Position numbers and translations under genes: made by a program. A stretch of 43,327 nt of DNA, from NCBI GenBank assembly GCA_013152815.1, contig JAADFO010000011.1:1-43327 (forward strand), in the 5' to 3' direction. Of the stretch, positions 17,189-27,036 are shown in pieces. Under the pieces are notes generated by a model that saw nothing but the letters and a program-made list of their open reading frames with translations, did not search any database and had not been told where the DNA came from. The first letter of the stretch is position 1. The number at the start of each line of letters is the position of its first letter. The DNA is from Nanobdellati archaeon (GTDB lineage Archaea > Nanobdellota > Nanobdellia > Woesearchaeales > JAADFO01).

Positions 17189-17630
17189 CAAACTACAGCA
17201 CTTCGTGAAGAGCCTCACTGAGAAGGAGCTCTATCAGCTCCAGGACCAGCTGGGAAGCAAAGAGAACAAGATGCGCGAACTCGTCCAGAGACAGCTTCTG
17301 GAGCTCCAGGCATCGTCGGGGAAGGCCTGTGCGACCTGCATGGGCGGTCTCGAGCCTGCAAGCATCCATAACTATCAGCTCATCTTCGGTCCCCATGACC
17401 TTCGGAAGCAGGCATTCTTCTGCGGCATCGACTGTCTCGAGTACTTCATCATCAGGCTCAAGGCCCGGAAGCAGTATCCCCTCATACCTCAAGCATCTCC
17501 AGAAGAGGGGAAGAGACTGAAGAGTCCTCTCAAGCAGGAAGTTCCTGCCGAGAAAAGACCAGAGCGCCCGTCAGAACCCCTGGAAGGAGACCCTTCAAAG
17601 ACCGACCTTTTCCGTCAGGGAGGAATCTGA
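17181..17630 (+). CDS. Hypothetical protein with a TRASH-like CxxC...FCxxxC metal-binding motif
   Basis: CATCMG...FFCGIDCLEYF; start overlaps the upstream stop (ATGGATGA). Confidence 0.72.
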   Translation: MDDKLQHFVKSLTEKELYQLQDQLGSKENKMRELVQRQLLELQASSGKACATCMGGLEPASIHNYQLIFGPHDLRKQAFFCGIDCLEYFIIRLKARKQYPLIPQASPEEGKRLKSPLKQEVPAEKRPERPSEPLEGDPSKTDLFRQGGI

Positions 17631-17670
17631 GACAGGGCGATGAGGAGAAAGAGACAGGAACAAAAGGACC

Positions 17671-19203
17671 ATGGCAAAGAAGGACATCCTCAGCAAAGGA
17701 CAGGAACGGCGCACATCAAGGAAGCTCAGCAGACTTTCCGAGAGCGACAGAAGGACAGAGCAGGAGATCGTCTCCATGGACCAGGAGCATCAACAGCTGG
17801 GAAAAGACATCAAGAGGATGCGCAAGAACAATGCCGGAGAAGACCAGGAGACGCTCAGGGCCATGGAAGAGCGATATCAGGCACAGGAGAAGGCCATGAA
17901 AAGACGAGGAAAAGATGCCCGTCGCATCCATGCACAGACCGAACGGCTGCAACAGGATATAGGCGGGCCGGAAACGAGAACACGGCACACGGGTAGGCTG
18001 GCCAGGATCCTCAAGTTCGCATTGCTTCTCGCAGCACTGGCCGTCGGCTATCTTCTCCTCGTCAACAGCATCTCCTCAGGAGACAATCTCATCAGCGGAC
18101 GCGTCGTCGGCTCGGCGTGCAATCTTCGTGAACTCAACTGGATAGAGACCGAGGTGAACCCCGGAGATACCACCCACATCGTCCTCTTCAGCGACCGGTG
18201 CGAAGGCAAGACCGCGCAGGTCAGCATATGGGAACTTCCCGCAGACGACCACAGGGTAGAAGGCACCAAGGTGGCCACCATCGACGACATCATCCTGGGC
18301 GCCCAACCAGCAGAGATGCCCTGGCAGACGCCGACCGACGGAAATACCCCTGATGCGACGGGCAGCAGCGGCACCAGATACTATTATCTCAGGGCATCCC
18401 TGGCCGACAGCCGACAGGGAATAGCATCGGTACGCGATGATGCATCGCTTCTCAAGATCATTAGTTCCCCGGGCAGTGCTGCAGAGCAGGGAAATGGGGA
18501 TAGGGGCCCGCTGGATGACTGCCCGTCCAGCCTGGGCTCCGCTTACCGTAAAGTGGAGACCGATGCAGACTGCGACGGCATAGACAATGATTGTGATGGA
18601 ACCATCGACGAGCTCTGCGGCCCGCGACAGGAACAGCCAGGGACGCTTGATGGTGCAGGTGACGGCAACGACATCGCAGGAAACCAGAGCGACGGATGGT
18701 ATGTGGAAGGCGGCAGCGGCGGCAGCGACATGACCGGTCATCTCTTCATGGGAGCCATACTCCTCCTCGTGGGAGGCGGACTGGCAGGGCTCTTCATCTT
18801 TGAGAAGAAGCACCGGAAGAAAGAGAACCCTCCTCTTGCCAGATTCGAGCATCCGACGATCCAGCATGAGACCGACCAGGCAAGGCTCCATGCCTATGTC
18901 ACCGTGGTCAGGAACCAGGGCTTTGAAGAAAAAGACATCAGAAGGGAGCTCTTCTCCAAAGGATGGAGTCCGCTCCTGGTGGGAAAAGAACTGGCCAGCA
19001 TGGAAACAGCGAAGCAGGGATTCACCATCAAGGTCGACCCGAGAGCATACCATAAGAAGGTCGAGGCAGTCTTCGAGGAGGATATGAGGACAAGAGAGAA
19101 CAGGAGACTGCAGGGATACGGACGCAGGAAAGAACCGCAGCAGACACCAGAGCAGGCCTTCCGCAAGCTTAAGGATTTCGCCGAAGAAAAGATAAGACTC
19201 TGA
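17671..19203 (+). CDS. Two-TM membrane protein with an extracellular domain carrying a CDGxDNDCDGxxDE (MopE-like) metal-binding motif
   Basis: N-terminal coiled coil, TM LLLAALAVGYLLLV, CDGIDNDCDGTIDE, second TM, cytoplasmic helical motif. Confidence 0.8.
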   Translation: MAKKDILSKGQERRTSRKLSRLSESDRRTEQEIVSMDQEHQQLGKDIKRMRKNNAGEDQETLRAMEERYQAQEKAMKRRGKDARRIHAQTERLQQDIGGPETRTRHTGRLARILKFALLLAALAVGYLLLVNSISSGDNLISGRVVGSACNLRELNWIETEVNPGDTTHIVLFSDRCEGKTAQVSIWELPADDHRVEGTKVATIDDIILGAQPAEMPWQTPTDGNTPDATGSSGTRYYYLRASLADSRQGIASVRDDASLLKIISSPGSAAEQGNGDRGPLDDCPSSLGSAYRKVETDADCDGIDNDCDGTIDELCGPRQEQPGTLDGAGDGNDIAGNQSDGWYVEGGSGGSDMTGHLFMGAILLLVGGGLAGLFIFEKKHRKKENPPLARFEHPTIQHETDQARLHAYVTVVRNQGFEEKDIRRELFSKGWSPLLVGKELASMETAKQGFTIKVDPRAYHKKVEAVFEEDMRTRENRRLQGYGRRKEPQQTPEQAFRKLKDFAEEKIRL

Positions 19204-19242
19204 GCAGTCACAAGAAGGAAAGAGAGGAAGGAGACACAGCCC

Positions 19243-20103
19243 ATGCCAAAGGAACGACAGAAGGTCCTCGATTACATCGAGCACGAGATAAAGAAGGGCT
19301 ATCAGATAGAGAACATCAGACAGGTGCTGGTCGAGCATGGTTATGACGATGGCCTGGTGGACACGCTCATCAGGGAGTCCATCGCCGACCTGCAGCAAGA
19401 AGCAGGAGCAGGACCGGCAGGAGAGAGCGGGAGCCCTGCAGAGAGCAAGCCTACGAAGAACAGGACAGGAGAAGCCCAGGCCACTGCCCCTGTCCAGGCC
19501 GATGGTCCGGAGAAAGCGCAGAGGATCCCGGATACGGCAACATCGACGACGACACAGAAAGCAGGACAGGCAGATGCCGACACGACCAGGCTCCGGTTCC
19601 TCCGGGAGGACTTCATCCATCTTCGGATGCCCTCCAGGGACCACACGTTCCTGGTCATCATCCCGACCGCTCTCGGCATCATGGCCCTGGGAACGTTCCT
19701 CATGGGCCTGAGGGTCAGACTCTTCGGTTGGGCACCCGATTGGGCACTCATCAAATTCGCCGTCTATCTCATAGCAGGAACCCTTACGGCCAAGGCCATA
19801 GCCCATCGTCTCAGCACAAAGGGCATGCAGGGATATGATGATGCCATCTTCGAGAAGGTGATGCGTTTCGGATTCATCATCTATCTCCTGAGTCTTGCCA
19901 TGGACGGCAGGATGCTCATGGGTTTTGTCGTGCTCGGCGTCCTGGTCCTCGCCTATGCCCTCGCCCGCAGGACCGGACTTTCGCTCTGGAGATCGGTCAG
20001 GATGACAACGCTCTTCGCCTCGCTGGGACTGGCCATAACCTATGGTTCCATCGCAGTGTCTGCCCTGGCCATCGGTCTCCTGAAAGCGCGGGGCCTCATC
20101 TGA
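19243..20103 (+). CDS. Multi-TM membrane protein with an N-terminal YI...GY...I...L...GY helical motif
   Basis: About five hydrophobic helices in the C-terminal half; GGAG SD upstream. Confidence 0.78.
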   Translation: MPKERQKVLDYIEHEIKKGYQIENIRQVLVEHGYDDGLVDTLIRESIADLQQEAGAGPAGESGSPAESKPTKNRTGEAQATAPVQADGPEKAQRIPDTATSTTTQKAGQADADTTRLRFLREDFIHLRMPSRDHTFLVIIPTALGIMALGTFLMGLRVRLFGWAPDWALIKFAVYLIAGTLTAKAIAHRLSTKGMQGYDDAIFEKVMRFGFIIYLLSLAMDGRMLMGFVVLGVLVLAYALARRTGLSLWRSVRMTTLFASLGLAITYGSIAVSALAIGLLKARGLI

Positions 20104-20258
20104 ACATCTGGACAGGAGCAGGAAGAAGAGAAAGAAGAAGCAAACATCCATAATGAAGCGAGCAGAGAAAGGAAGATTATTAAGTCAGGCCGGTTTTTTC
20201 TCAGAGGACAGGGAACCTTTCAAGAGCTGAAGATAAGCGAGAAGCAGCAGACAGCACC

Positions 20259-21953
20259 ATGACAGACGTGATCGACGAGCAGTTCGTAGCAGACCTCCTT
20301 GCAAGGATAAGGGGAAAGAATCCCGCCAAGGATGACATCTCCCGCATCAAGAACCGGCTTGCTGCGAAACATCATCTCAGGAAGGCGCCCACGGACATAG
20401 ATATCCTGCTCAGGGCATCGGCGAAGGAGCGAAGGCTGCTCAAGCCCTATCTCAAGACAAAACCTGTCAGGACACAATCAGGAGTGGCTCCTGTCGCCCT
20501 GATGACCCGCCCCATCAACTGCAAGCATGGACGGTGCACCTATTGCCCCGGAGGGATCGGCTCGTTCTTCGGTGACATGCCCCAGAGCTATACCGGGAAC
20601 GAACCCTCCACCATGCGGGCCATCCGGAACGACTATGAAGCATATCTCATCGCCATGAACCGGCTTGAACAATACGCCCTCCTGGGACATGAGCTGACCA
20701 AGGTGGAGGCCATCGTCATGGGAGGGACCTTCACCTCCTTTGACAGGAGATACCAGAGGCATTACATCACCGACATGTTCCAGGCGTTCAACGACTTCGG
20801 CGACCGTTTCATGGACAAGGGCAGGGTCGACCTGGACAAGCTGAAGGAAGCCTTCCTCCTGCCCGGCGACCTTCATGACAAAGGACGGGCAAAGAAGGTG
20901 AAGAAGAATCTCCATGCCCTGAAGAGGAAGACGACCCTCGAGAAGGAGCAGCAAAGGAACGAGTCTGCAACGGTACGCTGCGTCGCCCTGTGTCTGGAGA
21001 CACGACCAGACTATGCCAAACCGAGGCACATCGACCAGATGCTCAGGCTGGGATGCACCCGGGTGGAGATGGGTGTCCAATCGGTCCATGATGAGGTCCT
21101 CAGAGCGGTACACCGCAGCCATACGGTCAAGGAATCGATCGATGCGACCCGCTACCTCAAGGACAGCCTGCTCAAGGTCGGGTATCACATGATGCTCGGC
21201 CTTCCGGGCATGGACTACGACCAGGACCTGGAGCAGCTCAGGCAGGTCATCACGGATTCCCGGTTCAAGCCCGATGCGTTGAAGATATACCCCACCATGG
21301 TGATGCCCGGGACCGTCCTTCACACCCAATACAGACGGGGAGAATACACCCCCATGAGGACCAAAGAGGCGGCATCCCTGATCGCAAAGTTCATGAAGGA
21401 TATCCCGTCCTGGCTGAGGATCATGCGTGTCCAGCGGGACATCCCCACCAAGGTGACGATCGACGGCGTGGACAGGACCAACCTCCGCCAATACGTCGAG
21501 CAGGAGATGCAGAGACAGGGCATCAGGAGCAGGGACATCCGGGCAAGGGAACCGAAGCACCCGCAGGATCCGAAGGACTGGATGCTCGTCCGGCAGGAAT
21601 ATGAGGCCAGCAAAGGCACGGAGATCTTCCTTTCCATGGACAACCGTAGGCATGATGAGCTGCTGGGGTTCCTGCGGCTGCGCATACCGTCAAGGCCCAT
21701 GAGGAAAGAGTTCGATGACCGGACAGCAGGCATCAGAGAGCTCCACGTCTATGGAGGCGCCACCGCATTGGGCAAGAAAGGAGAGGTGCAGCACAGGGGC
21801 ATCGGAAGGAGACTGCTGGAAGAGGCCGAGAGGATAGCCAAAGAAGAATTTAAGAAGGACATGATGCTCATCATCTCAGGGGTAGGAGCAAGAGAGTATT
21901 ACCGGAAGTTCGGCTATAGGCGAACAGGCCCGTATATGAGAAAAGGGCTGTGA
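20259..21953 (+). CDS. elp3: tRNA U34 carboxymethylation radical SAM/GNAT enzyme Elp3
   Basis: KPVRTQSGVAPVA, CKHGRCTYCPGG, ETRPD, RVQRDIP, RELHVYG, QHRGIG. Confidence 0.96.
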   Translation: MTDVIDEQFVADLLARIRGKNPAKDDISRIKNRLAAKHHLRKAPTDIDILLRASAKERRLLKPYLKTKPVRTQSGVAPVALMTRPINCKHGRCTYCPGGIGSFFGDMPQSYTGNEPSTMRAIRNDYEAYLIAMNRLEQYALLGHELTKVEAIVMGGTFTSFDRRYQRHYITDMFQAFNDFGDRFMDKGRVDLDKLKEAFLLPGDLHDKGRAKKVKKNLHALKRKTTLEKEQQRNESATVRCVALCLETRPDYAKPRHIDQMLRLGCTRVEMGVQSVHDEVLRAVHRSHTVKESIDATRYLKDSLLKVGYHMMLGLPGMDYDQDLEQLRQVITDSRFKPDALKIYPTMVMPGTVLHTQYRRGEYTPMRTKEAASLIAKFMKDIPSWLRIMRVQRDIPTKVTIDGVDRTNLRQYVEQEMQRQGIRSRDIRAREPKHPQDPKDWMLVRQEYEASKGTEIFLSMDNRRHDELLGFLRLRIPSRPMRKEFDDRTAGIRELHVYGGATALGKKGEVQHRGIGRRLLEEAERIAKEEFKKDMMLIISGVGAREYYRKFGYRRTGPYMRKGL

Positions 21954-22031
21954 GCGTCAAGGAAAAGAAAGAGAGCAAGAAGAAGGAGAACAGGAAAAGG
22001 AGAGAGAAAGAAAGAAGAAAACGTGCTGCCC

Positions 22032-23066
22032 ATGGCGAAAGACTACCAGAAGGAAGACGTGAATATCAAGCCTGCCTTCCAGGAACGCTATGCCGCACTG
22101 ACCGACTGGGAGGCCTTCCTGAGCTGCTCGCTTCGCTTCCTGCGGAGGAGCATCCGGGTCAACACCCTCAAGATGAGCGTGCATGAACTGGTCGCGCGGC
22201 TGGAGCCGGAATGGAAGCTCACTCCGATCCCCTGGTGCCCTGAAGGGTTCTGGATAGAACACCGGAAAGGTGAGCGACGGGACATCGGCAACATCCCTGA
22301 GCATTCCCTGGGCTACTTCTACATACAGGAGGCAGCGTCCATGATACCTCCGCTGGTGATGGACCCCCGACCAGGAGAGACCGTCCTCGACATGTGCGCG
22401 GCTCCGGGAAGCAAGGCAACACAGATCGGCATGTACCTGAAGAACGAAGGGACACTTGTTGCTAACGACTACACCGGTATCCGGATGCAGAGCCTCGGCA
22501 TCAACCTGCAGCGCTGCGGACTCACGAACAGCGTCGCCACGCTCATGGAAGGAAGATGGTTCAAAGGGCATCAGTTCGACAGGATCCTCGTCGACGCGCC
22601 CTGTTCTGGGACAGGCACCATCAGGAAATCGCTCAAGACCCTCCGCATCTGGAACCCGAACATGGTAAGGCGGATAAGCGGCCAACAACGCCAGCTCCTG
22701 GAGAGTGCCTATCAGAACCTCAAGCCCGGAGGGGTCATCGTCTACTCGACCTGCACCCTGGAGCCGGAAGAGGACGAAGGCATCATCAGCTGGCTCCTGC
22801 ACAAGCATGAGGACATCCATACCGAGAAGATAGACCGGGGACGGTTGCCCGGACTCAAGACCAGCAAGGTGGTGACGTCCTTCGGAGGGGTCGACTTCCA
22901 TCCCGGAGTGAAAGACTGCATCCGGATCTGGCCCCAGGACAATGACACCGAAGGGTTCTTCATCTGCAGGCTCGTGAAGGAAAAGAGGGAGACAAAGAAA
23001 GAGCAGGAAGAGACGAAAGATGCGCTTCCTCAGAAGAAGCCCGACCTGCCTGACAAAGGTTTTTAA
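22032..23066 (+). CDS. RsmB/NOP2/Trm4-family RNA m5C methyltransferase
   Basis: YIQEAASM, LDMCAAPGSK, DAPCSGTG, YSTCT, GFFI. Confidence 0.93.
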   Translation: MAKDYQKEDVNIKPAFQERYAALTDWEAFLSCSLRFLRRSIRVNTLKMSVHELVARLEPEWKLTPIPWCPEGFWIEHRKGERRDIGNIPEHSLGYFYIQEAASMIPPLVMDPRPGETVLDMCAAPGSKATQIGMYLKNEGTLVANDYTGIRMQSLGINLQRCGLTNSVATLMEGRWFKGHQFDRILVDAPCSGTGTIRKSLKTLRIWNPNMVRRISGQQRQLLESAYQNLKPGGVIVYSTCTLEPEEDEGIISWLLHKHEDIHTEKIDRGRLPGLKTSKVVTSFGGVDFHPGVKDCIRIWPQDNDTEGFFICRLVKEKRETKKEQEETKDALPQKKPDLPDKGF

Positions 23067-23090
23067 AGGCATCGGACATCCCTTCTGTTC

Positions 23091-23768
23091 ATGAAAGTCC
23101 TGCATCTTGAGGCCAGGTACACCAAGAAGATAGCCCTGCCTGCGGCAGCCATCAGGAAGCTTCCTGAGAAGGTCGCGCTCTTCATGTCGGTCCAGTTCCT
23201 CGATTCGCTCCAGGACATCAAGGCAGCCCTCGAGAAGAGAGGGAAGAAGGTCCTGCTGTTCCAGACAAGACACACACGCTACCTCGGCCAGCTCTACGGG
23301 TGCAACAACGAGAAGTACGAAGGAGACTATGACGCCTTCCTCTACGTCGGAGACGGGGAGTTCCATCCAAAAGCGTTGGCCCTGGCGAACAGGAAGCCCA
23401 TCTTCATCTACAACCCCATCACCAAGAAGTCCGGCCAATGGAAGCAGCAGTATTTCCTGGAAGAGCAGAAGCGGACCCGGGCTGCCCTGCTGCGGTTCCA
23501 CTCGTCAGAGCGCATAGGGATCCTGGTGACCACCAAGTCCGGCCAGAACAAGATACGGCTGGGGAAGCTCCTTGAGAAGCGCCATCCCGAGAAGACGTTC
23601 TTTTACCTGGTCTTCGACTCCCTGGAGTTCGGGCGGCTGGAGGACTTCCCGTTCATCCAGTGCCTGGTCAACACTGCCTGCGAACGGATCGCCTTCGAGG
23701 ACAGGAAACGGTTCTTCAGGCCGGTCATCAACGCCGAGGACATCCTCTGGCCAGAACGTCTCCAGTAA
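23091..23768 (+). CDS. dph2: Diphthamide synthesis protein Dph2, short form
   Basis: GQLYGC, YVGDGEFH, GILVTTKSGQ, VNTACERI. Confidence 0.82.
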   Translation: MKVLHLEARYTKKIALPAAAIRKLPEKVALFMSVQFLDSLQDIKAALEKRGKKVLLFQTRHTRYLGQLYGCNNEKYEGDYDAFLYVGDGEFHPKALALANRKPIFIYNPITKKSGQWKQQYFLEEQKRTRAALLRFHSSERIGILVTTKSGQNKIRLGKLLEKRHPEKTFFYLVFDSLEFGRLEDFPFIQCLVNTACERIAFEDRKRFFRPVINAEDILWPERLQ

Positions 23769-23793
23769 AATCAGATCGAAACAGGTTACCTGC

Positions 23794-24165
23794 TCATTTC
23801 CGTCGGGGCAATGGCGGTCTCTTCAGGTCCCGGTCATTCATGCCCTGCAGGATCTCCTCGAACCGGGAAAGGGTCTTCTTGGACGTGTCGACGACAATAC
23901 CCAGGAAGACGAAGCTCGTGATCAGGAGGAGCCAGATGAAGATGGCATTGATCATCTCCCAGGTGATGATCCGATCCATGACAAAACGGTTCTGGATGAT
24001 CCTGAAGCCGAAATATGCCACTGCGACGCCGACCGCGAGGATGAGCATCTCGAAGACACTCGGCCTGCTTGTCTGTGCAGAGGATTCGCCTCTTATCCTG
24101 CCAGCGGTTCTTCCCTGCTGCCTGCCGCTCGGGTGTTCTGTTCTCATGGTATCACCTGGTTTCAT
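23794..24165 (-). CDS. Small two-TM membrane protein, last gene of the MoxR cluster
   Basis: Two hydrophobic helices; ATGA overlap with the DUF58 gene. Confidence 0.7.
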   Translation of the reverse strand: MKPGDTMRTEHPSGRQQGRTAGRIRGESSAQTSRPSVFEMLILAVGVAVAYFGFRIIQNRFVMDRIITWEMINAIFIWLLLITSFVFLGIVVDTSKKTLSRFEEILQGMNDRDLKRPPLPRRK

Positions 24166-25010
24166 CTCAGGACGTCCCAGAAGACGTCGAAGATGGGTTT
24201 GTCTGTGGTCACGGTCCAGAACCGCGCCTTGAGTTCCTTGGCCGTATCCTGCAGGAGATGGATGTGTTCCTGCAGCCTGTCCTGATAATGGCTCTTCAGG
24301 CGGGGCGTGACCGATGTCCTCAGCTGGTCTCCGGATTCCATGTCCCTGAGGAAGAAATCTCCCTCCAGATCGAGATGCACCTCGCTGGGATCCAGGACCT
24401 GGATGAGATGCACATCATGCTGGGGAAACTGCATGATGCCGTTGCGGAACTCCTTCACGTCGAAGAGGAAGTCTGAGATGATGACGATGAAGCTCCGGCT
24501 GCCGATGGTGCGACGGTAGCGCACCATGGAACCTTCGAAGTTGGAGGAGCCGGAGAGCTGCAGCCCGTCGAGATGGTCGACCATGGATCCCAGTTGGGAA
24601 CCCTTGAGGCTCGTCGGGAAGAGGGTAAGATCGTCGCCGAAGGTGGCTATCCTGAACTTTTCATTGTTCTTCATGGCAAGATAGCAGAAACCGATGCCGA
24701 GCAGGGCTGCATAGTCGAACTTCCGCGTCTTCGCCCCATAGTCCATGGACTTCGAGCTGTCCACCACGGCATTGACGACCAGGGAACGGTCCTCGTCATA
24801 GCGCTTGACATAGAGGTCGTCGGTCCTGGCGAAGATCTTCCAGTCGATGGAACGGAAATCGTCCCCTGGAGAATAGATGCGATGGTCGCTCATCACCGTC
24901 CCCCTGCCGAGGAAGTTGGACTTGCGGTCGCCGCTGTACTTGGAGGTGATCTTCCGTTTGATCACCAGGTCGAACTTCTCCAGTTCTTTGAGGATGCTCA
25001 GGTCGATCAT
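24162..25010 (-). CDS. DUF58 domain (vWA-like) protein
   Basis: HRIYSPGDDFRSIDWKIFART, DSSKSM, IISDF. Confidence 0.93.
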   Translation of the reverse strand: MIDLSILKELEKFDLVIKRKITSKYSGDRKSNFLGRGTVMSDHRIYSPGDDFRSIDWKIFARTDDLYVKRYDEDRSLVVNAVVDSSKSMDYGAKTRKFDYAALLGIGFCYLAMKNNEKFRIATFGDDLTLFPTSLKGSQLGSMVDHLDGLQLSGSSNFEGSMVRYRRTIGSRSFIVIISDFLFDVKEFRNGIMQFPQHDVHLIQVLDPSEVHLDLEGDFFLRDMESGDQLRTSVTPRLKSHYQDRLQEHIHLLQDTAKELKARFWTVTTDKPIFDVFWDVLR

Positions 25011-25132
25011 TTATGGGCCTCGCGCGTCATGCGCTCTGGATAACGTGAAACGTGATGATCTTTCCTATGGCAGGATCAATCGACGACCTTCTCCTGCCAT
25101 TTTCATCCTTTCATGCCTTCTTCATGCAGGCT

Positions 25133-26065
25133 TCATGCCTTCTTCAGGACAGCGGACACGACATCGTCAGGGGAAAGGCCTTTCCGTTCAGCCTCGAAGG
25201 TCGGGATGATCCTATGACGCAGCACAGGATAGGCCATCTTCTCTATATCGGCGGAAGAGACATAGTTCTTCCCCTTGATGAGCGCGTAGGCCTTGGAGGC
25301 AAGGGTCAAGGCGATGGATGCCCGGGGAGACGCCCCGTAGGCGATGAGCTCATGCTTCCTCGTCAGGGTGACTATCCTGATGATCCTGTTCTTCAGGTCG
25401 TTGGCGATGGGCATCTGCTTCACGAGGTCCTGGAGATACTGGATCTTCTCCTTGTTGAGGACCTTTTTCAGGCGCACATTGGTCCCTGCTGCGGTATATT
25501 GGTTTACGATGGCAAGCTCTTCCTGGGGAGACGGATAGCCGACGAGGATCTTGAGCAGGAACCGATCAGCCTGGGCCTCGGGAAGCGGGTAGGTGCCTTC
25601 CTGTTCGATGGGGTTCTGGGTGGCCAGGACGAAGAACGGAAGATCGAGCTTGAAGGTGGAATTTCCCACAGTCACCTGCTTCTCCTGCATGGCCTCCAGC
25701 AGCGCAGACTGGGTCTTCGGCGTGGCCCGGTTGATCTCGTCCGCAAGGACGATGTTGGCGAAGATGGGACCGGGATTGAACTTGAAGGAACGTTTCCCGC
25801 CAGAACCCTCCTCGATGAAATAGGTGCCGGTGATGTCCGAAGGCATGAGGTCCGGCGTGCTCTGGATCCGGGAGAACTTCAGGTCCAGGGCGCTGGCAAG
25901 GCTCTTGATGGCCAGGGTCTTCGCGAGACCCGGATAGCCTTCCAGCAGGCCGTTCCCGTCGCAGAGCAGGGTGACGAGGACCTGTTCGATGACCTCGTCC
26001 TGCCCTATCACCACACGATGGAGCTCTTTCATCAGCACTTTCATTATATCTTCGACGTTCTTCAT
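25133..26065 (-). CDS. moxR: MoxR-family AAA+ ATPase
   Basis: Walker A GYPGLAKT, TPDLMPSDITG, LADEINRATPKTQSALLEAMQE, ATQNPIEQEGTYPLPEAQADRF; GAGGTGA RBS before ATG 26065. Confidence 0.96.
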   Translation of the reverse strand: MKNVEDIMKVLMKELHRVVIGQDEVIEQVLVTLLCDGNGLLEGYPGLAKTLAIKSLASALDLKFSRIQSTPDLMPSDITGTYFIEEGSGGKRSFKFNPGPIFANIVLADEINRATPKTQSALLEAMQEKQVTVGNSTFKLDLPFFVLATQNPIEQEGTYPLPEAQADRFLLKILVGYPSPQEELAIVNQYTAAGTNVRLKKVLNKEKIQYLQDLVKQMPIANDLKNRIIRIVTLTRKHELIAYGASPRASIALTLASKAYALIKGKNYVSSADIEKMAYPVLRHRIIPTFEAERKGLSPDDVVSAVLKKA

Positions 26066-26088
26066 GATCTTCACCTCAATTCAACAAT

Positions 26089-26925
26089 TCAATTGTTTGC
26101 CAGGGACGTGAAATAGTTCTTCACCACGACCCGTTCATCCTCGTCTATCTTCTCTGCATAGGTCTTGGCCGCCGTCGCATAGAGCTCGACCGGAAGCTCG
26201 GACCTGAACTGCTCATCGGCATAGTCTGCCTCGTTCTTCAGGTCCAGCTCGAACCCGAAATCATTGATGACCAGATCGATGACATCGTTCCCCAGGCTTG
26301 CCACGGTATTGTCACGGATGACCTCATCGGAGACCGTCCCCAGGGGTTCTTTGTCCCCGTCGGTGGTCTCTCCATGGATGGAATTCTGCAGCATGGCAAG
26401 GGCATTCTTCGACAGGTCATCCACACTCTCGCCTATCTGCCGGGGCATGTCCCGGAAGGAGTCTCGTATCGCCTCTTTCATGGGGAAGAGCCCTTCCTGG
26501 AGGAAACTGACGAACATCAGGGAGAAGATGAGCAAAAGAAGGACCCCCACCTTGAGGGTGAGCCTCTTGCTGTCGAGCAGCACCGAGAGCCGGAACCGTC
26601 TGAGTCCGGCCATCACCTCGCGCTTGAGCTCATCGACGATGGGGTTGGCATGCCTTCGGTATTGGGCAGCGGTCCGCAGCCGCTCCTTCAGGACGGCATC
26701 ATGGTCCTCCACCTCACGCAGGCCCGTCCCGGAGAACCGTACATACAGGGCCACCAGGAGGTAGACCAACGCCGGCACGACGGCCGCCAGGGATATGAAG
26801 GTGAAGATGGAGAGCAGGAGGAAGGTGGCCAGGAAGATGAGGCCGGTGTTGAGAAGTATATCAAAGACCCAGATGGATTCTACGCTCAGCTTGAGCTCCC
26901 GCAGTATCTTGCTGAAATCGCTCAT
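26089..26925 (-). CDS. Membrane protein of the MoxR/vWA cluster
   Basis: Three TM segments, LKERLRTA motif, acidic C-terminal region ending VVKNYF. Confidence 0.8.
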   Translation of the reverse strand: MSDFSKILRELKLSVESIWVFDILLNTGLIFLATFLLLSIFTFISLAAVVPALVYLLVALYVRFSGTGLREVEDHDAVLKERLRTAAQYRRHANPIVDELKREVMAGLRRFRLSVLLDSKRLTLKVGVLLLLIFSLMFVSFLQEGLFPMKEAIRDSFRDMPRQIGESVDDLSKNALAMLQNSIHGETTDGDKEPLGTVSDEVIRDNTVASLGNDVIDLVINDFGFELDLKNEADYADEQFRSELPVELYATAAKTYAEKIDEDERVVVKNYFTSLANN

Positions 26926-27036
26926 GGTGGTTCCTTTATGTTCTCAAATGCATGTTCTCAAATGTTTGAGAACGCCTGATGTCTTGATGGCCGGCCGGAC
27001 CTCAGGGCTCCGGCGTCTCCTGACGCGGCTCTTGTT

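Noticed and set aside
18076..20151. 691-aa minus-strand ORF, and similar long antisense ORFs such as 21957-23501 and 20478-21653
   Set aside because: These are shadow frames opposite well-supported genes in GC-rich, codon-biased DNA, and have no motifs
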